Part shown: positions 20,722-29,670 of the stretch, piece after piece
How positions within the stretch are numbered: the stretch's first letter is position 1
Layout: the number at the start of each line of letters is the position of its first letter
DNA from: Candidatus Thalassarchaeum betae
GTDB lineage: Archaea; Thermoplasmatota; Poseidoniia; Poseidoniales; Thalassarchaeaceae
Length of the DNA stretch: 64,000 nt
Assembly (NCBI GenBank): GCA_003193925.1
Contig: PSPG01000004.1
Coordinates: forward strand, 110,863-174,862
Direction of reading: 5' to 3'
Position numbers and translations under genes: made by a program
Notes under the pieces: generated by a model
Told to the model about the DNA's origin: nothing
Database searches by the model: none
The model's input: only the letters and a program-made list of their open reading frames with translations

Positions 20722-21168
20722 TTAGGAATATTGACGGTTAATTCTGATGAACTCGGCCAGCACAGTATCCCATCCCTCGTCGTACCTATCTCGGACCTCC
20801 GCTGCTCCATCTCCTAGTCTCTCCCAATTATCGTGAGATAGGCTGACTTCGGTACCACCTTCCCTCTGGGTGAAGTGGACGCTTATGACAGTCGGTCCGG
20901 ATGCCTCTGGATTGACCTTCCATTCCATCCCAAAGCGATTCGGCGGCTCCCATATAGACACAACTCCCCAATCCGCCTCGGTCCCATCGTAATGAATCTC
21001 GTAGATCCTCCCCCCCAAGTGCCCCTCTACCGTTGCAGCCTTCGTGATGCTGTTCCCGATGGAGTGTGTGGCAAGAGGCCACCATTCGGATAGTCTAGCG
21101 GTGAATATCTCGAAGGCTTGGCCGATTTGCGTATCCACGGAAATCGATTTGCGGACTGGTTCGATCAT
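20722..21168 (-). CDS. SRPBCC/AHSA1 (START-like) domain protein
   Basis: AFEIFT..LSEWWP, GGRIYE, WEPPNRF, GGTEVSLSH, GWDTVL. Confidence 0.8.
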   Translation of the reverse strand: MIEPVRKSISVDTQIGQAFEIFTARLSEWWPLATHSIGNSITKAATVEGHLGGRIYEIHYDGTEADWGVVSIWEPPNRFGMEWKVNPEASGPTVISVHFTQREGGTEVSLSHDNWERLGDGAAEVRDRYDEGWDTVLAEFIRINRQYS

Positions 21169-21343
21169 GAGCGCACATCGGACGGAGTATCATCAACATT
21201 GCTCCGCTATTCCAATTCCTAGTTGATCTAACCCCTGAGCTTCCGGACTCACAAGCAACTGACCTAGGACTGGAGGAGACCGGGGACGCCCTCGGTCTAA
21301 TATAGCCGATTAACCAGTGAGATACAAACAGAGGAAATGCATC

Positions 21344-21712
21344 ATGACGAGCCAGACCGTCGTCTATACGGTTTCCGCGACGATTTTCGCAATATTGTTC
21401 GGTGAACTGATATTACCAGCATCAATTGGTAATTCTCCGCCAATACTGAGCAATCCTGTGACGTTCGTGGCAATGTCGTTCTATTATGTGGCGATCTCAT
21501 TCATATTTTCAATAATACTCGGAAAATACGGTACGAAAATGGCACTCGCCGCGTTTTTCGTGTACGGGGGCATCGTCGAGTTGATTCTTTTCGGCAATGC
21601 AGGAGATGTAGTAGGATTCTTGTTTTTCGGAGGCCTGTACATTTTCCTGTTCGGAGTTCCGATCTGGATCACGGATAAATTGACGGTGAGAGGGCAACAT
21701 TCCGAAACTTGA
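21344..21712 (+). CDS. Hypothetical four-TM membrane protein
   Basis: 122-aa ORF with four hydrophobic stretches, AT-rich. Confidence 0.6.
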   Translation: MTSQTVVYTVSATIFAILFGELILPASIGNSPPILSNPVTFVAMSFYYVAISFIFSIILGKYGTKMALAAFFVYGGIVELILFGNAGDVVGFLFFGGLYIFLFGVPIWITDKLTVRGQHSET

Positions 21713-21716
21713 GTGC

Positions 21717-21992
21717 ATGGGTACCCTTGAGATTGCGGAATGGTTTCCTGAATGTAATACTTTTATCTGTTCGTTCACTCAGAGTATTACATGCGCTGGC
21801 CCCCCCACCATAGTGAATACGAAGAGGGAGACGGTTTCGGTGACGAGGAGGGTGCTTATTGTAGTGAACTAGGTTGCATGAATAAGGCTGCATACCACTA
21901 TAGAACAAATGGGGGCCAGCGTTTCCTCTGTAAGGAACATTACCGCGGATGAGTGGGCCCTCTATTACAACCTCATCAACAAGGGTACCCAT
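21717..21992. other. Nested inverted-repeat element (candidate structured RNA or MITE-like element)
   Basis: Perfect stems 21717-21729/21980-21992 (13 bp), 21752-21761/21783-21792 (10 bp), 21794-21804/21911-21921 (11 bp), plus compatible imperfect stems. Confidence 0.55.
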
Positions 21993-21996
21993 CGAT

Positions 21997-22386
21997 TCAC
22001 TGGTCGGTATACTCAGTGACTCGAATTCCGAGATTCCCCCTACGCGCCTTCCTCTGCATTATCCGGTCCATCTTGCGGTGGAACTCAGACTCGAGGTCTA
22101 CCTTCATCGCGAGTGAGTGGCCCATAAGCAGAATCAGCAGGTCGGCCAGCTCCTCGGCAGCCTCCTCGAGTGGTTTGCCCTTGGTAATAGCCGCTGCGAA
22201 CTCCCCCAGTTCCTCGACGGTGAGCGCAATGCGATAGCCCATGTCGTGACCGTTGTTCTCGGGGTCGGCGAAGGCGTGCTTGTGGTGGAACGCCGCCACT
22301 CGGGACATCATCGTCATCCAAGAGCCGTCAGGGCTATCCTGCGCCTCGATCTCAATCCAGTCGTCCACGGTAACGAGTCGTTCCAT
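21997..22386 (-). CDS. MazG-like nucleotide pyrophosphohydrolase
   Basis: EELGE...EELADL acidic motif. Confidence 0.85.
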   Translation of the reverse strand: MERLVTVDDWIEIEAQDSPDGSWMTMMSRVAAFHHKHAFADPENNGHDMGYRIALTVEELGEFAAAITKGKPLEEAAEELADLLILLMGHSLAMKVDLESEFHRKMDRIMQRKARRGNLGIRVTEYTDQ

Positions 22387-22411
22387 GAATCATGCTACGC
22401 GAGGAGCCCCA

Positions 22412-22744
22412 TCAACGTAGTTCCCTGCCCGGTGGCGGCTGCTTGGGATCCCTGGCCTCATATGGCAGCACCATGACCAGTCCGCCTACTCCGGCTACCA
22501 CGAACAAGCCCAGTGACCCTAGAAAGTTCGTCGTCTTGCGCGCTTTTTCCCCCTCCAACTCCCCGCACAACACTGGATCGGGAGACTCAACGGTATTCAG
22601 GACCAGTAGCCTGTACCCCATGTCACACTCACGCTCGTGCTCCCTGACCGCGTCGTCGTGCTCCTGCATCAGATCCATCGTCATAGGGAACAGAAACAAG
22701 GCGCACCCAATCAGGACGAAGCCGATCTTTGGATCCCTGTCCAA
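22412..22744 (-). CDS. Hypothetical two-TM membrane protein
   Basis: Two TMs flanking a Cys-containing loop; TTG start directly after the MTAP stop. Confidence 0.55.
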   Translation of the reverse strand: MDRDPKIGFVLIGCALFLFPMTMDLMQEHDDAVREHERECDMGYRLLVLNTVESPDPVLCGELEGEKARKTTNFLGSLGLFVVAGVGGLVMVLPYEARDPKQPPPGRELR

Positions 22745-23518
22745 CTAATCACCTAACTCGGCTAGAAGCGCTATCATGCAATTGCCGAGGCGCTCACTCA
22801 TGGTGGCCGCTACAGCATCGACCGCTTCATGGTCGATGGCAGAATCAGGAGAGCCCGGGTTTCTTCCAGCGGCCCAGTTGGAGCAACACGAAAGTGCGAC
22901 ATGAGGAATTCCCCGTTCGGACATCAATCGTGATTCGGGGCCGAGAGTCATGCCGACCGCGTCCGCACCGAGCCGCTCGAGGGCGTCGATCTCCGAAGGT
23001 GACTCGAACTGTGGACCGATGCACTGCGCCACGACTATCCCGCTCGGCACTATTCCTTGACTTACCTCAATGGTCCTCACACAAGCTTCGGAGGCGGCTG
23101 AGTCAAAGGGTGATGTCCTGTCGGCATGTGACGCATTATCGTCATGGAACGTCCAAGGCCTCTCAGCGAGGTCAAGTACGTCGCCCGCGACTGCAATGGT
23201 CCCAGGCGGCATGTCCTCGCGCATGGTGCCAACCGAGTTGATGCTCACCACCAGGTCTGGCTGACAGCTCGCGGCTGCGTGAACGTTGGCGCGATGCTCG
23301 ATCATGTGAGGCGGAGTCCTGCTGCCGTCGTCGGAGTGGTGGCGGTCGATCAGCAGAAGCTCCCCCTCTGGGAGCCCAACCAGAGTGGCAGGCACCTGGC
23401 CCCAGTTTGAGTCGATACGGAGTGCATCCGAAGTTGCCCCTTGCATCAAAGCGAGTTCGGATGTAAACGCACTCATTCCAGTACCACAGAGCACCGCGAT
23501 GCGGGCCACAGTACTCAC
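22745..23518 (-). CDS. MTAP-family purine nucleoside phosphorylase
   Basis: GTGM, DRHH..TPPH, RANV, GPQFESPSE, GMT..PE, SNWAAG. Confidence 0.88.
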   Translation of the reverse strand: MSTVARIAVLCGTGMSAFTSELALMQGATSDALRIDSNWGQVPATLVGLPEGELLLIDRHHSDDGSRTPPHMIEHRANVHAAASCQPDLVVSINSVGTMREDMPPGTIAVAGDVLDLAERPWTFHDDNASHADRTSPFDSAASEACVRTIEVSQGIVPSGIVVAQCIGPQFESPSEIDALERLGADAVGMTLGPESRLMSERGIPHVALSCCSNWAAGRNPGSPDSAIDHEAVDAVAATMSERLGNCMIALLAELGD

Positions 23519-24417
23519 TCCTTCAAGCGCTCGATGAGTTCGGCCTTGTTGCCGGATACGGGCTTGCCGGCCTCCCTCAGGAGGTCCTTCAGTTGGACCA
23601 CGGTCATCGATGGGTAGTCGGGAGCATCCTCGGCCGCCTCGGGCTCCTCGGCAGCCTCCCGCTCGGCTTCGCTCTCTGGCTCATCTTCCTCCTCGCTCGG
23701 CTCTTCCGCTTCCTCGTCGAACTCCGAGTCCTCGGACTCGAAAACAGTTGAGGCCTCGCTCTCGGCCCTCTCCTGCTCGCGAATCTCATCGAGCGTCGGG
23801 CCATCCTGGGTTACGACGCCGGCCTGAATCAGTTGGGTGCGTCGGATCATTACGCCCCTCACCGGCTGAATCTTGGAGACCGTTTCCTTGATCTTGCTCT
23901 CCATAGTGCCGTCCAGAGATGCCTTCTGCAGGTCTATCCAAGTGCTGGTAGCACCAATCTTGAGTATCACGTCACGCGCCAGTGCGCGCATCTCCTGCTT
24001 CTGGCTGGCCTTGATGCGGTTCCTCGATATCATTAGTGGCTTGATTCGCACATAGAAGCCATCGTCGGTGACGACATCGACCGTATCGTCGATCTTGCCC
24101 CTGTCGCGTCGGACCTGTCGGCGGATGTGGTCCTTCAGCATCTCGTGTCCAATGAACTCGGTCAGAGCGTCGTCGCCGACTACAGCAGTGATTCGGAACT
24201 GTACCTTCACGTGCATCTTCGAGAAATCGCCGTCGAGCTCGTACTGCAGGATCTCGTAGTGCCTGCCGATCAGCACCGACTCCTCCTCGGCCATCGTCTC
24301 GCCGATTACTTTGAAGAACCAGGGGTTGCGGGGTGCCCGGATTGTGTACCAGCGCTTGGACTTCCATTTGTCCCGCTGCTTACGTGCCGCCGCCCGTGCT
24401 GCTGCTCCCTTCGCCAT
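23515..24417 (-). CDS. rps3ae: Ribosomal protein eS1 (S3Ae) with acidic linker and C-terminal SAP domain
   Basis: RDKWKSKRWYTIRAP, LIGR, FIGHE, VRR..GKID; tail MTVVQLKDLLREAGKPVSGNKAELIERL. Confidence 0.93.
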   Translation of the reverse strand: MAKGAAARAAARKQRDKWKSKRWYTIRAPRNPWFFKVIGETMAEEESVLIGRHYEILQYELDGDFSKMHVKVQFRITAVVGDDALTEFIGHEMLKDHIRRQVRRDRGKIDDTVDVVTDDGFYVRIKPLMISRNRIKASQKQEMRALARDVILKIGATSTWIDLQKASLDGTMESKIKETVSKIQPVRGVMIRRTQLIQAGVVTQDGPTLDEIREQERAESEASTVFESEDSEFDEEAEEPSEEEDEPESEAEREAAEEPEAAEDAPDYPSMTVVQLKDLLREAGKPVSGNKAELIERLKE

Positions 24418-24557
24418 GGCAACGACCTCGTCTATCGGGGGCTACCCCGTTCGCGACCGTGCGACCTACCCCGAGTATTTGAATCAAAGCCCACGTGGGG
24501 AGACTTTGACGATGTCGCAATCGTCGGATTCAAAGATGAGTCTTCCATGCCGGTGGC

Positions 24558-24998
24558 ATGGGACTGCACAGCGCGACCTGGAGGATCCATGCCAGCGCTG
24601 TGGACGATCTTGGGCTGCTCGAGGGCAGCCTCAGGTGGCTGGCCGGGGACGGTTGCGAGCTGACCACGGAGAGGGGGAAGTCGTGGCATGGCTCACCGCA
24701 GACCATCATACAGGCCCGAGTCAGTCGGAAGAAGGCTGCTAGGGAGTCACTGGCGAGGCTGGGCGGGGCTGCGTTGGCGAGTCTTGTCGAAGATGGGCTC
24801 GCCAAGCGCATTGACGAAGACAAGGTGATGCACGTCAGAGTCGAATTGGCGAAGTTGGTTCAGGGGGAAGTCAGGCTCTCGCCCGATGGACACAGCGGGG
24901 CTACAGCCAAGGGCCAGTTCAAGATCGAGGCCTATCCGGGGAGCGATCCGGCGGATGTCATGAACGATACGATACGTTCCCTCCTAAGTGTCGAGTAG
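24558..24998 (+). CDS. Predicted archaeal RNA-binding protein (COG1325-like)
   Basis: HASAVDD, GKSWHGSP, KRIDEDKVMHVRV, KIEAYP. Confidence 0.65.
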   Translation: MGLHSATWRIHASAVDDLGLLEGSLRWLAGDGCELTTERGKSWHGSPQTIIQARVSRKKAARESLARLGGAALASLVEDGLAKRIDEDKVMHVRVELAKLVQGEVRLSPDGHSGATAKGQFKIEAYPGSDPADVMNDTIRSLLSVE

Positions 24999-25065
24999 GG
25001 TCGTAGCGCTTCGTTTCTGAGCAAGTTTATTACTCGGATTCACATCGCCAATGACGAGGAGCGGC

Positions 25066-25344
25066 ATGACTCATGTAGTCACCAGCGCATGCGTGCGATG
25101 CAAGTACCAAGATTGCGTCGCAGTCTGCCCTGTAGAGTGCTTCAGGGAGGCCGATGAGTATCTCGTCATCGACCCCGATGAGTGCATCGACTGTGCGGCC
25201 TGCATACCCGAATGTCCGGTTGGCGCGATCTACGCCGATACCGATCTGCCCGACGAGGAGATGGAGTGGCTGGAGCGCAACGAAATCGAGGCTCCCGACC
25301 TGCCCCTCGCGGAGGGCGACTCGCCGGTCCTCGCCGATTCGTGA
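25066..25344 (+). CDS. fdxA: FdxA-type 7Fe ferredoxin
   Basis: [26 protein letters not shown]...[14 protein letters not shown]. Confidence 0.92.
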   Translation: MTHVVTSACVRCKYQDCVAVCPVECFREADEYLVIDPDECIDCAACIPECPVGAIYADTDLPDEEMEWLERNEIEAPDLPLAEGDSPVLADS

Positions 25345-25408
25345 GCGGCCTGGGACGCGTCTCTCGGGCTGGACATAGGTTCATGAGGACATGCCGGGAG
25401 GATGGGAC

Positions 25409-26398
25409 ATGTCTCGGCTCGACCTCGAGAAGATGCGTCACGGGACGGAGCTGCTCAAACGCGGCCTCGCTAAGATGCAGGAAGGCGGCGTCATCATGGA
25501 TGTCGTGACGCCCGAGCAGGCGCACATAGCCGAGGACGCCGCAGCGACTGCGGTGATGGCCCTCGAAAGGGTACCTGCGGACATTCGATCAGATGGAGGA
25601 GTGGCCAGGATGAGCCATCCCGACCTGATACGCGGCATCATCGACACGACCAGCATCCCAGTGATGGCCAAGGCGCGGATAGGGCACGACGAGGAGGCCC
25701 GGGTGCTGCAGGCGCTTGGAGTCGACATGATCGACGAAAGTGAGGTCCTAACACCTGCTGACCCATTCTACCATATCGCAAAGAACGACTTTACCATCCC
25801 CTTCGTATGCGGATGCATCAGCCTCGGTGAGGCGTGCCGGCGCATCATGGAGGGCGCGGCGATGATTCGGACCAAGGGCGAAGCGGGGACAGGTAACGTG
25901 GTCAGCGCTGTGCAGCACGCGCGCGTGGTGGCTGAGGAGATCAGGCTTCTGCAGAGCGCGAATGATGCCGAGTTCGAGGTCATCGCCCGTACCATCTCGG
26001 ATGGGTGGCGCCGCATCGAATCGGCTTCCGAGCACAACTTGGTGGTTCAGAACACCCCGTTCGGAAGCATGGACGCCTGCCATGACTCGATAGTGGAAAT
26101 CATGGGCGAGGTGCGGGAGATGAGCAGGCTTCCAGTCGTTACTTTCTCCGCTGGAGGAATCGCGACACCGGCCGATGCGGCTCTGCTGATGAGACACGGA
26201 ATGGACGGGGTCTTCGTCGGCTCTGGGATCTTCAAGTCGGAGCATCCGGCGACAACCGCCTCCGCCATAGTGATGGCGACTCACCACTTCAACGACCCGG
26301 AGCGGGTGATGGAGGCCAGCTCCATGATGGCTGGAAAGGCGATGGATGGGCTCGAACTCGACAAGCTGGACGTCCGCATGGAAGAGCGCGGCTGGTAG
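25409..26398 (+). CDS. pdxS: Pyridoxal 5'-phosphate synthase lyase subunit
   Basis: [52 protein letters not shown]. Confidence 0.96.
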   Translation: MSRLDLEKMRHGTELLKRGLAKMQEGGVIMDVVTPEQAHIAEDAAATAVMALERVPADIRSDGGVARMSHPDLIRGIIDTTSIPVMAKARIGHDEEARVLQALGVDMIDESEVLTPADPFYHIAKNDFTIPFVCGCISLGEACRRIMEGAAMIRTKGEAGTGNVVSAVQHARVVAEEIRLLQSANDAEFEVIARTISDGWRRIESASEHNLVVQNTPFGSMDACHDSIVEIMGEVREMSRLPVVTFSAGGIATPADAALLMRHGMDGVFVGSGIFKSEHPATTASAIVMATHHFNDPERVMEASSMMAGKAMDGLELDKLDVRMEERGW

Positions 26399-26399
26399 C

Positions 26400-27386
26400 C
26401 TAGCTCTTGTTGCCCCTAGTCGTCCCGAGTCGTCGTGACTTCTTCTTCGCCTTGCTCAAGCGTCGAGAGGAGGACCTGTCCTCCTTCCTAGCCCCGCCGA
26501 GAGTAATCGAGCCCTGCTCAAGGAGCTGGTCGGCCAGCGAGTTTGCGAGCTCCTCGTCCTCGTCAGGAGTCTTCAAGGCGTCTCTGACCGACTGGTTGTG
26601 CTCCCTGATGATGCGTTCCTGCTCCTCGTGCTGGGCCTTGATCTCGTTGCGGATCTCATTGACCTGGTCGAGCAGGACCTTCATGTCCGAGTGAACCTTG
26701 TCCGCAGCCTCTCGGGAGGCCACGAAGGCGTTGTGGAGCCTGTCGCCCTCGGCTCGGAGGAAGTCCCTCTCCTCCAGCATGGGCTTGACCTCCTCCCATA
26801 TCTCATCCGCCTCCACATTGGCTTCCAACATGGCCTTGTGCTGGGCGTCGGCCTCGGCCTTCAGGAGCTGGATTGAGCCTTCCATATCGCCGAGGTCGAT
26901 TTCGATGACCTGAAACTCCTCTGCTATCGGCATGAGCTCCTCGCGCTTGGCTATGAGCGCCTTGAGACGCTTGAGCATGGCGTTCTCCTTGCTGAGCGAC
27001 AGGGAACCGTCGGTCATTATACGGTTCTCGATGCGGTCGATCTCCCCTATCGTCTCAGACAGTTGGATGACGATGGGTTTCGTACCACCTTCGCCCCTCT
27101 TTCCGCGCCGCTGGGTAATCAGTTCGCGCATCTGAGACTGGATCTCGTCTCGCTTCGCCTGATGAATCTTGGCCCTGTTCCTGACCTCCTTCTGATCCTC
27201 CATGCGCTCCTTGATTCGCTCCCTCAACTCACGCGCCTGCTCTTGGACTGAATTACGGGAATCGGCTGCGCGTCGGCCGTTCTCGTTGTGCCTGTTCCTC
27301 TGCTCCCGCATCCTCCTGAGTCGAGTCTCCATCGCATGGAGTCGGGTCCTGAGTTCATCCTCAGGCTTGTCTGTTTCTCCTAGCAC
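26400..27386 (-). CDS. Archaeal coiled-coil protein (COG1340-like), paralogue 1
   Basis: E/R-rich heptads, ADAQH/DRLH/ADKVH repeats, LSLSKE hinge, basic tail RLGTTRG. Confidence 0.7.
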   Translation of the reverse strand: MLGETDKPEDELRTRLHAMETRLRRMREQRNRHNENGRRAADSRNSVQEQARELRERIKERMEDQKEVRNRAKIHQAKRDEIQSQMRELITQRRGKRGEGGTKPIVIQLSETIGEIDRIENRIMTDGSLSLSKENAMLKRLKALIAKREELMPIAEEFQVIEIDLGDMEGSIQLLKAEADAQHKAMLEANVEADEIWEEVKPMLEERDFLRAEGDRLHNAFVASREAADKVHSDMKVLLDQVNEIRNEIKAQHEEQERIIREHNQSVRDALKTPDEDEELANSLADQLLEQGSITLGGARKEDRSSSRRLSKAKKKSRRLGTTRGNKS

Positions 27387-27428
27387 GGCACGACCACACT
27401 GGCCTCCCCTTTCAATAGACCTGAGTCG

Positions 27429-29009
27429 TTACAGACCCAGCAGTGTGAGCGTGAAGGGTACGAGGGGGGATAGTACCACTATCGCCGCCCCAACCATGAA
27501 CAGGGCCCCCAATGTCATCCTGATTCGGGTGAACAGGTCAGACCTGACTTGGACTGTGAGGACCCTCCCGGAAATCAGGTTTCCAGCCTTGTCCTCAAGC
27601 CTAACGGTGACCGTCGCCTCGCCCATGGTCGAGGGCAGGAGGCTCTGCCAGACTATCCTCGTAGCAGACAGCGCGTTAGGCAGGGACGCGCTGAGTGGGA
27701 TTGGCATGAGTGATTCCGATTCCGGAGAGTATGGGTCCACCTTCAGGCGGTAGACGCATTCCTGGGGCCTGAAGTCGGGCGTCTGTACCCTCAGGACCAG
27801 ATTCTTCGACTCATGGCCCTCGTTGAGCACGAAGGCGAACAGGTTGGCCTGACCTACTACCAGATTCTCCATGCCCACATCGAACCACACACCGTCGTCA
27901 GTGCGCCCGGACTGCCTGCGCATGCGCATCCTGTCGTGGAGCCTGAAGAAGGGAGCGCACTTGGTGCGCGCGCGAGAGAGTAGCCTGTCCCAAGTCTCCT
28001 CCCCCAACTCGGGATGGCGGAACAGTCCCTCGACTGTCGCCGAGTCGACCATCGGCTCCAGCGCCGTTCTGAACTCGTCCTCGTCAATCAGAGAAGAGCG
28101 TCTTAGATACAGCATGTGCAGCAGCATCTCCTGGAGCTCGCGCCTGCTGCTACCCCGGTGTATCTTGGACTCGACAGAGCGAAGGTACTCGGATATCCTG
28201 ACAGCGAGCAGGGGGTCTATGTGAGCGCGAATCACATCAGTGAAGGGACGGCTCAGCAGAGCTGGGTGGATTGGGGGGGAGAAGGCCTCCAGCATGCCCC
28301 AGGGCTCAGCGGTGTTGAAGCGCGAGCGCTCGGAGACCATGTGGACTCCGTGGCCGGACAGCAGTGCACCGGTGGAGAACGCGAAGAGGAAGGGCGCGTC
28401 TGCGACCTCCTCGGAGAACCACAGGCTGCTTGCAAGCAGGACGGCCGCGAGAACCATCAGGGTAATCGTGATCACGAGTTGTCGCGTGGCACCGTCCATG
28501 GTAGCCCTCATCTCGGTGTAACCGTGAGCGCTGTTGAAAGTCAGGCCCGCAGTGGTCAGCGCCTCTGCCTCGAGCCGAAAAATCGTCCTAGTGACCACCA
28601 TCAGCCTCAGCAGGATGAGCAGCAAGGTGATGTCAGCGACAAGCATGAGCAGCGACATGACGTAGATTCCCGTCGACATCGGCAGGCCGCCAGCGGCACC
28701 CTCGACATGATCGGCCCACCACTGCGGGTTCGAGTTGCTGAAAGACTGTGCCAGTCCGTAAAGCACGATTACCAGCAACGGCAAGTACAACACCAGTCTA
28801 GCACCGTCGCTTATCAGGAGCCTGTCAACCCTGATCAGCGTGAGCTCCTGGCCCCTGAGCCTCTCAATCCTCTCGCCTGTCTCCCCCGACTGAGTCGCTT
28901 GGGAGATTGGAGAAGGTGGCATATCGGGAGCGGGTGGGACTGATTCATCCAAAGCATCGGCGAGGCTATCCAAATCGTTAGCATCGCCGTCGTCATCCAC
29001 CATGGTCAC
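27429..29009 (-). CDS. Hypothetical multi-pass membrane protein
   Basis: Four N-terminal TMs, soluble region with beta-rich end, C-terminal TM; coupled to the DtxR gene. Confidence 0.7.
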   Translation of the reverse strand: MTMVDDDGDANDLDSLADALDESVPPAPDMPPSPISQATQSGETGERIERLRGQELTLIRVDRLLISDGARLVLYLPLLVIVLYGLAQSFSNSNPQWWADHVEGAAGGLPMSTGIYVMSLLMLVADITLLLILLRLMVVTRTIFRLEAEALTTAGLTFNSAHGYTEMRATMDGATRQLVITITLMVLAAVLLASSLWFSEEVADAPFLFAFSTGALLSGHGVHMVSERSRFNTAEPWGMLEAFSPPIHPALLSRPFTDVIRAHIDPLLAVRISEYLRSVESKIHRGSSRRELQEMLLHMLYLRRSSLIDEDEFRTALEPMVDSATVEGLFRHPELGEETWDRLLSRARTKCAPFFRLHDRMRMRRQSGRTDDGVWFDVGMENLVVGQANLFAFVLNEGHESKNLVLRVQTPDFRPQECVYRLKVDPYSPESESLMPIPLSASLPNALSATRIVWQSLLPSTMGEATVTVRLEDKAGNLISGRVLTVQVRSDLFTRIRMTLGALFMVGAAIVVLSPLVPFTLTLLGL

Positions 29010-29659
29010 ACCTCCTCGGTCCTGGCCAGTATGCGCAGTGACAGTGGTTTGGACATCTGCAATCGATAGCCGCCACAGAATAACCCGTCCTCAGTAGATT
29101 GCACCTTGGTGCCGATGCCGAGACCGGCTACCTCCAGTGTGCGCGCGTCGGTGGCGTCCATGACAATCAACTCGACAGTTGCCGAGGAGCCCGACGGCAA
29201 TGCCGAGATAGGCAGGAGGAATCCGCTCCTGATAGGCTCCACCCTCCTCTCTATCAGCGGGATCCTCTCACCACTGGGGGTACTCTCGGGATAGCCGAGC
29301 ATCCTATCGAGTGCTGCCTCGAGCTCATCGTCTATGCCGTGCTCCAACCTGCATGCGGCCTCAGAGACGTCACCGGTGAACCCTATGACCTCGGTGAGTA
29401 GTATCTCTATCAGCCCCTCTCGGCGTTTTATCCTAGCAGCTCGCTGGAATCCCTCCGGCGTCAGGCGGCATCCCTTGTATGGGATGTGGGTGACTAGGTC
29501 GCGGCCCGCCAGACGCTGGATCATCTCTGAGGTGGATGCGGGGCTCACATCCATCATCTCAGCGAGCTGGGTCGTCTTGACAATGGCGTCAGGCTTGTCG
29601 ACATGTGCCTCGAAGAGGCGCTTGAGGTACATCTCCTCGAACTCGCTCAACTCAGCCAT
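29006..29659 (-). CDS. DtxR/MntR-family metal-dependent regulator with FeoA-like domain
   Basis: EMYLK, VSPASTSEMIQRL, PYKG..LT.EG, EAACRLEH. Confidence 0.9.
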   Translation of the reverse strand: MAELSEFEEMYLKRLFEAHVDKPDAIVKTTQLAEMMDVSPASTSEMIQRLAGRDLVTHIPYKGCRLTPEGFQRAARIKRREGLIEILLTEVIGFTGDVSEAACRLEHGIDDELEAALDRMLGYPESTPSGERIPLIERRVEPIRSGFLLPISALPSGSSATVELIVMDATDARTLEVAGLGIGTKVQSTEDGLFCGGYRLQMSKPLSLRILARTEEV

Positions 29660-29670
29660 AATTCACCACG

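Noticed and set aside
21669-21992. 107-aa minus-strand ORF over the structured element
   Set aside because: Overlaps the convergent gene end, atypical composition, no motif
24478-24534. Inverted repeat TTTGAATC/GATTCAAA as an ncRNA stem
   Set aside because: More simply explained by back-to-back TTCAA promoter boxes of the divergent genes
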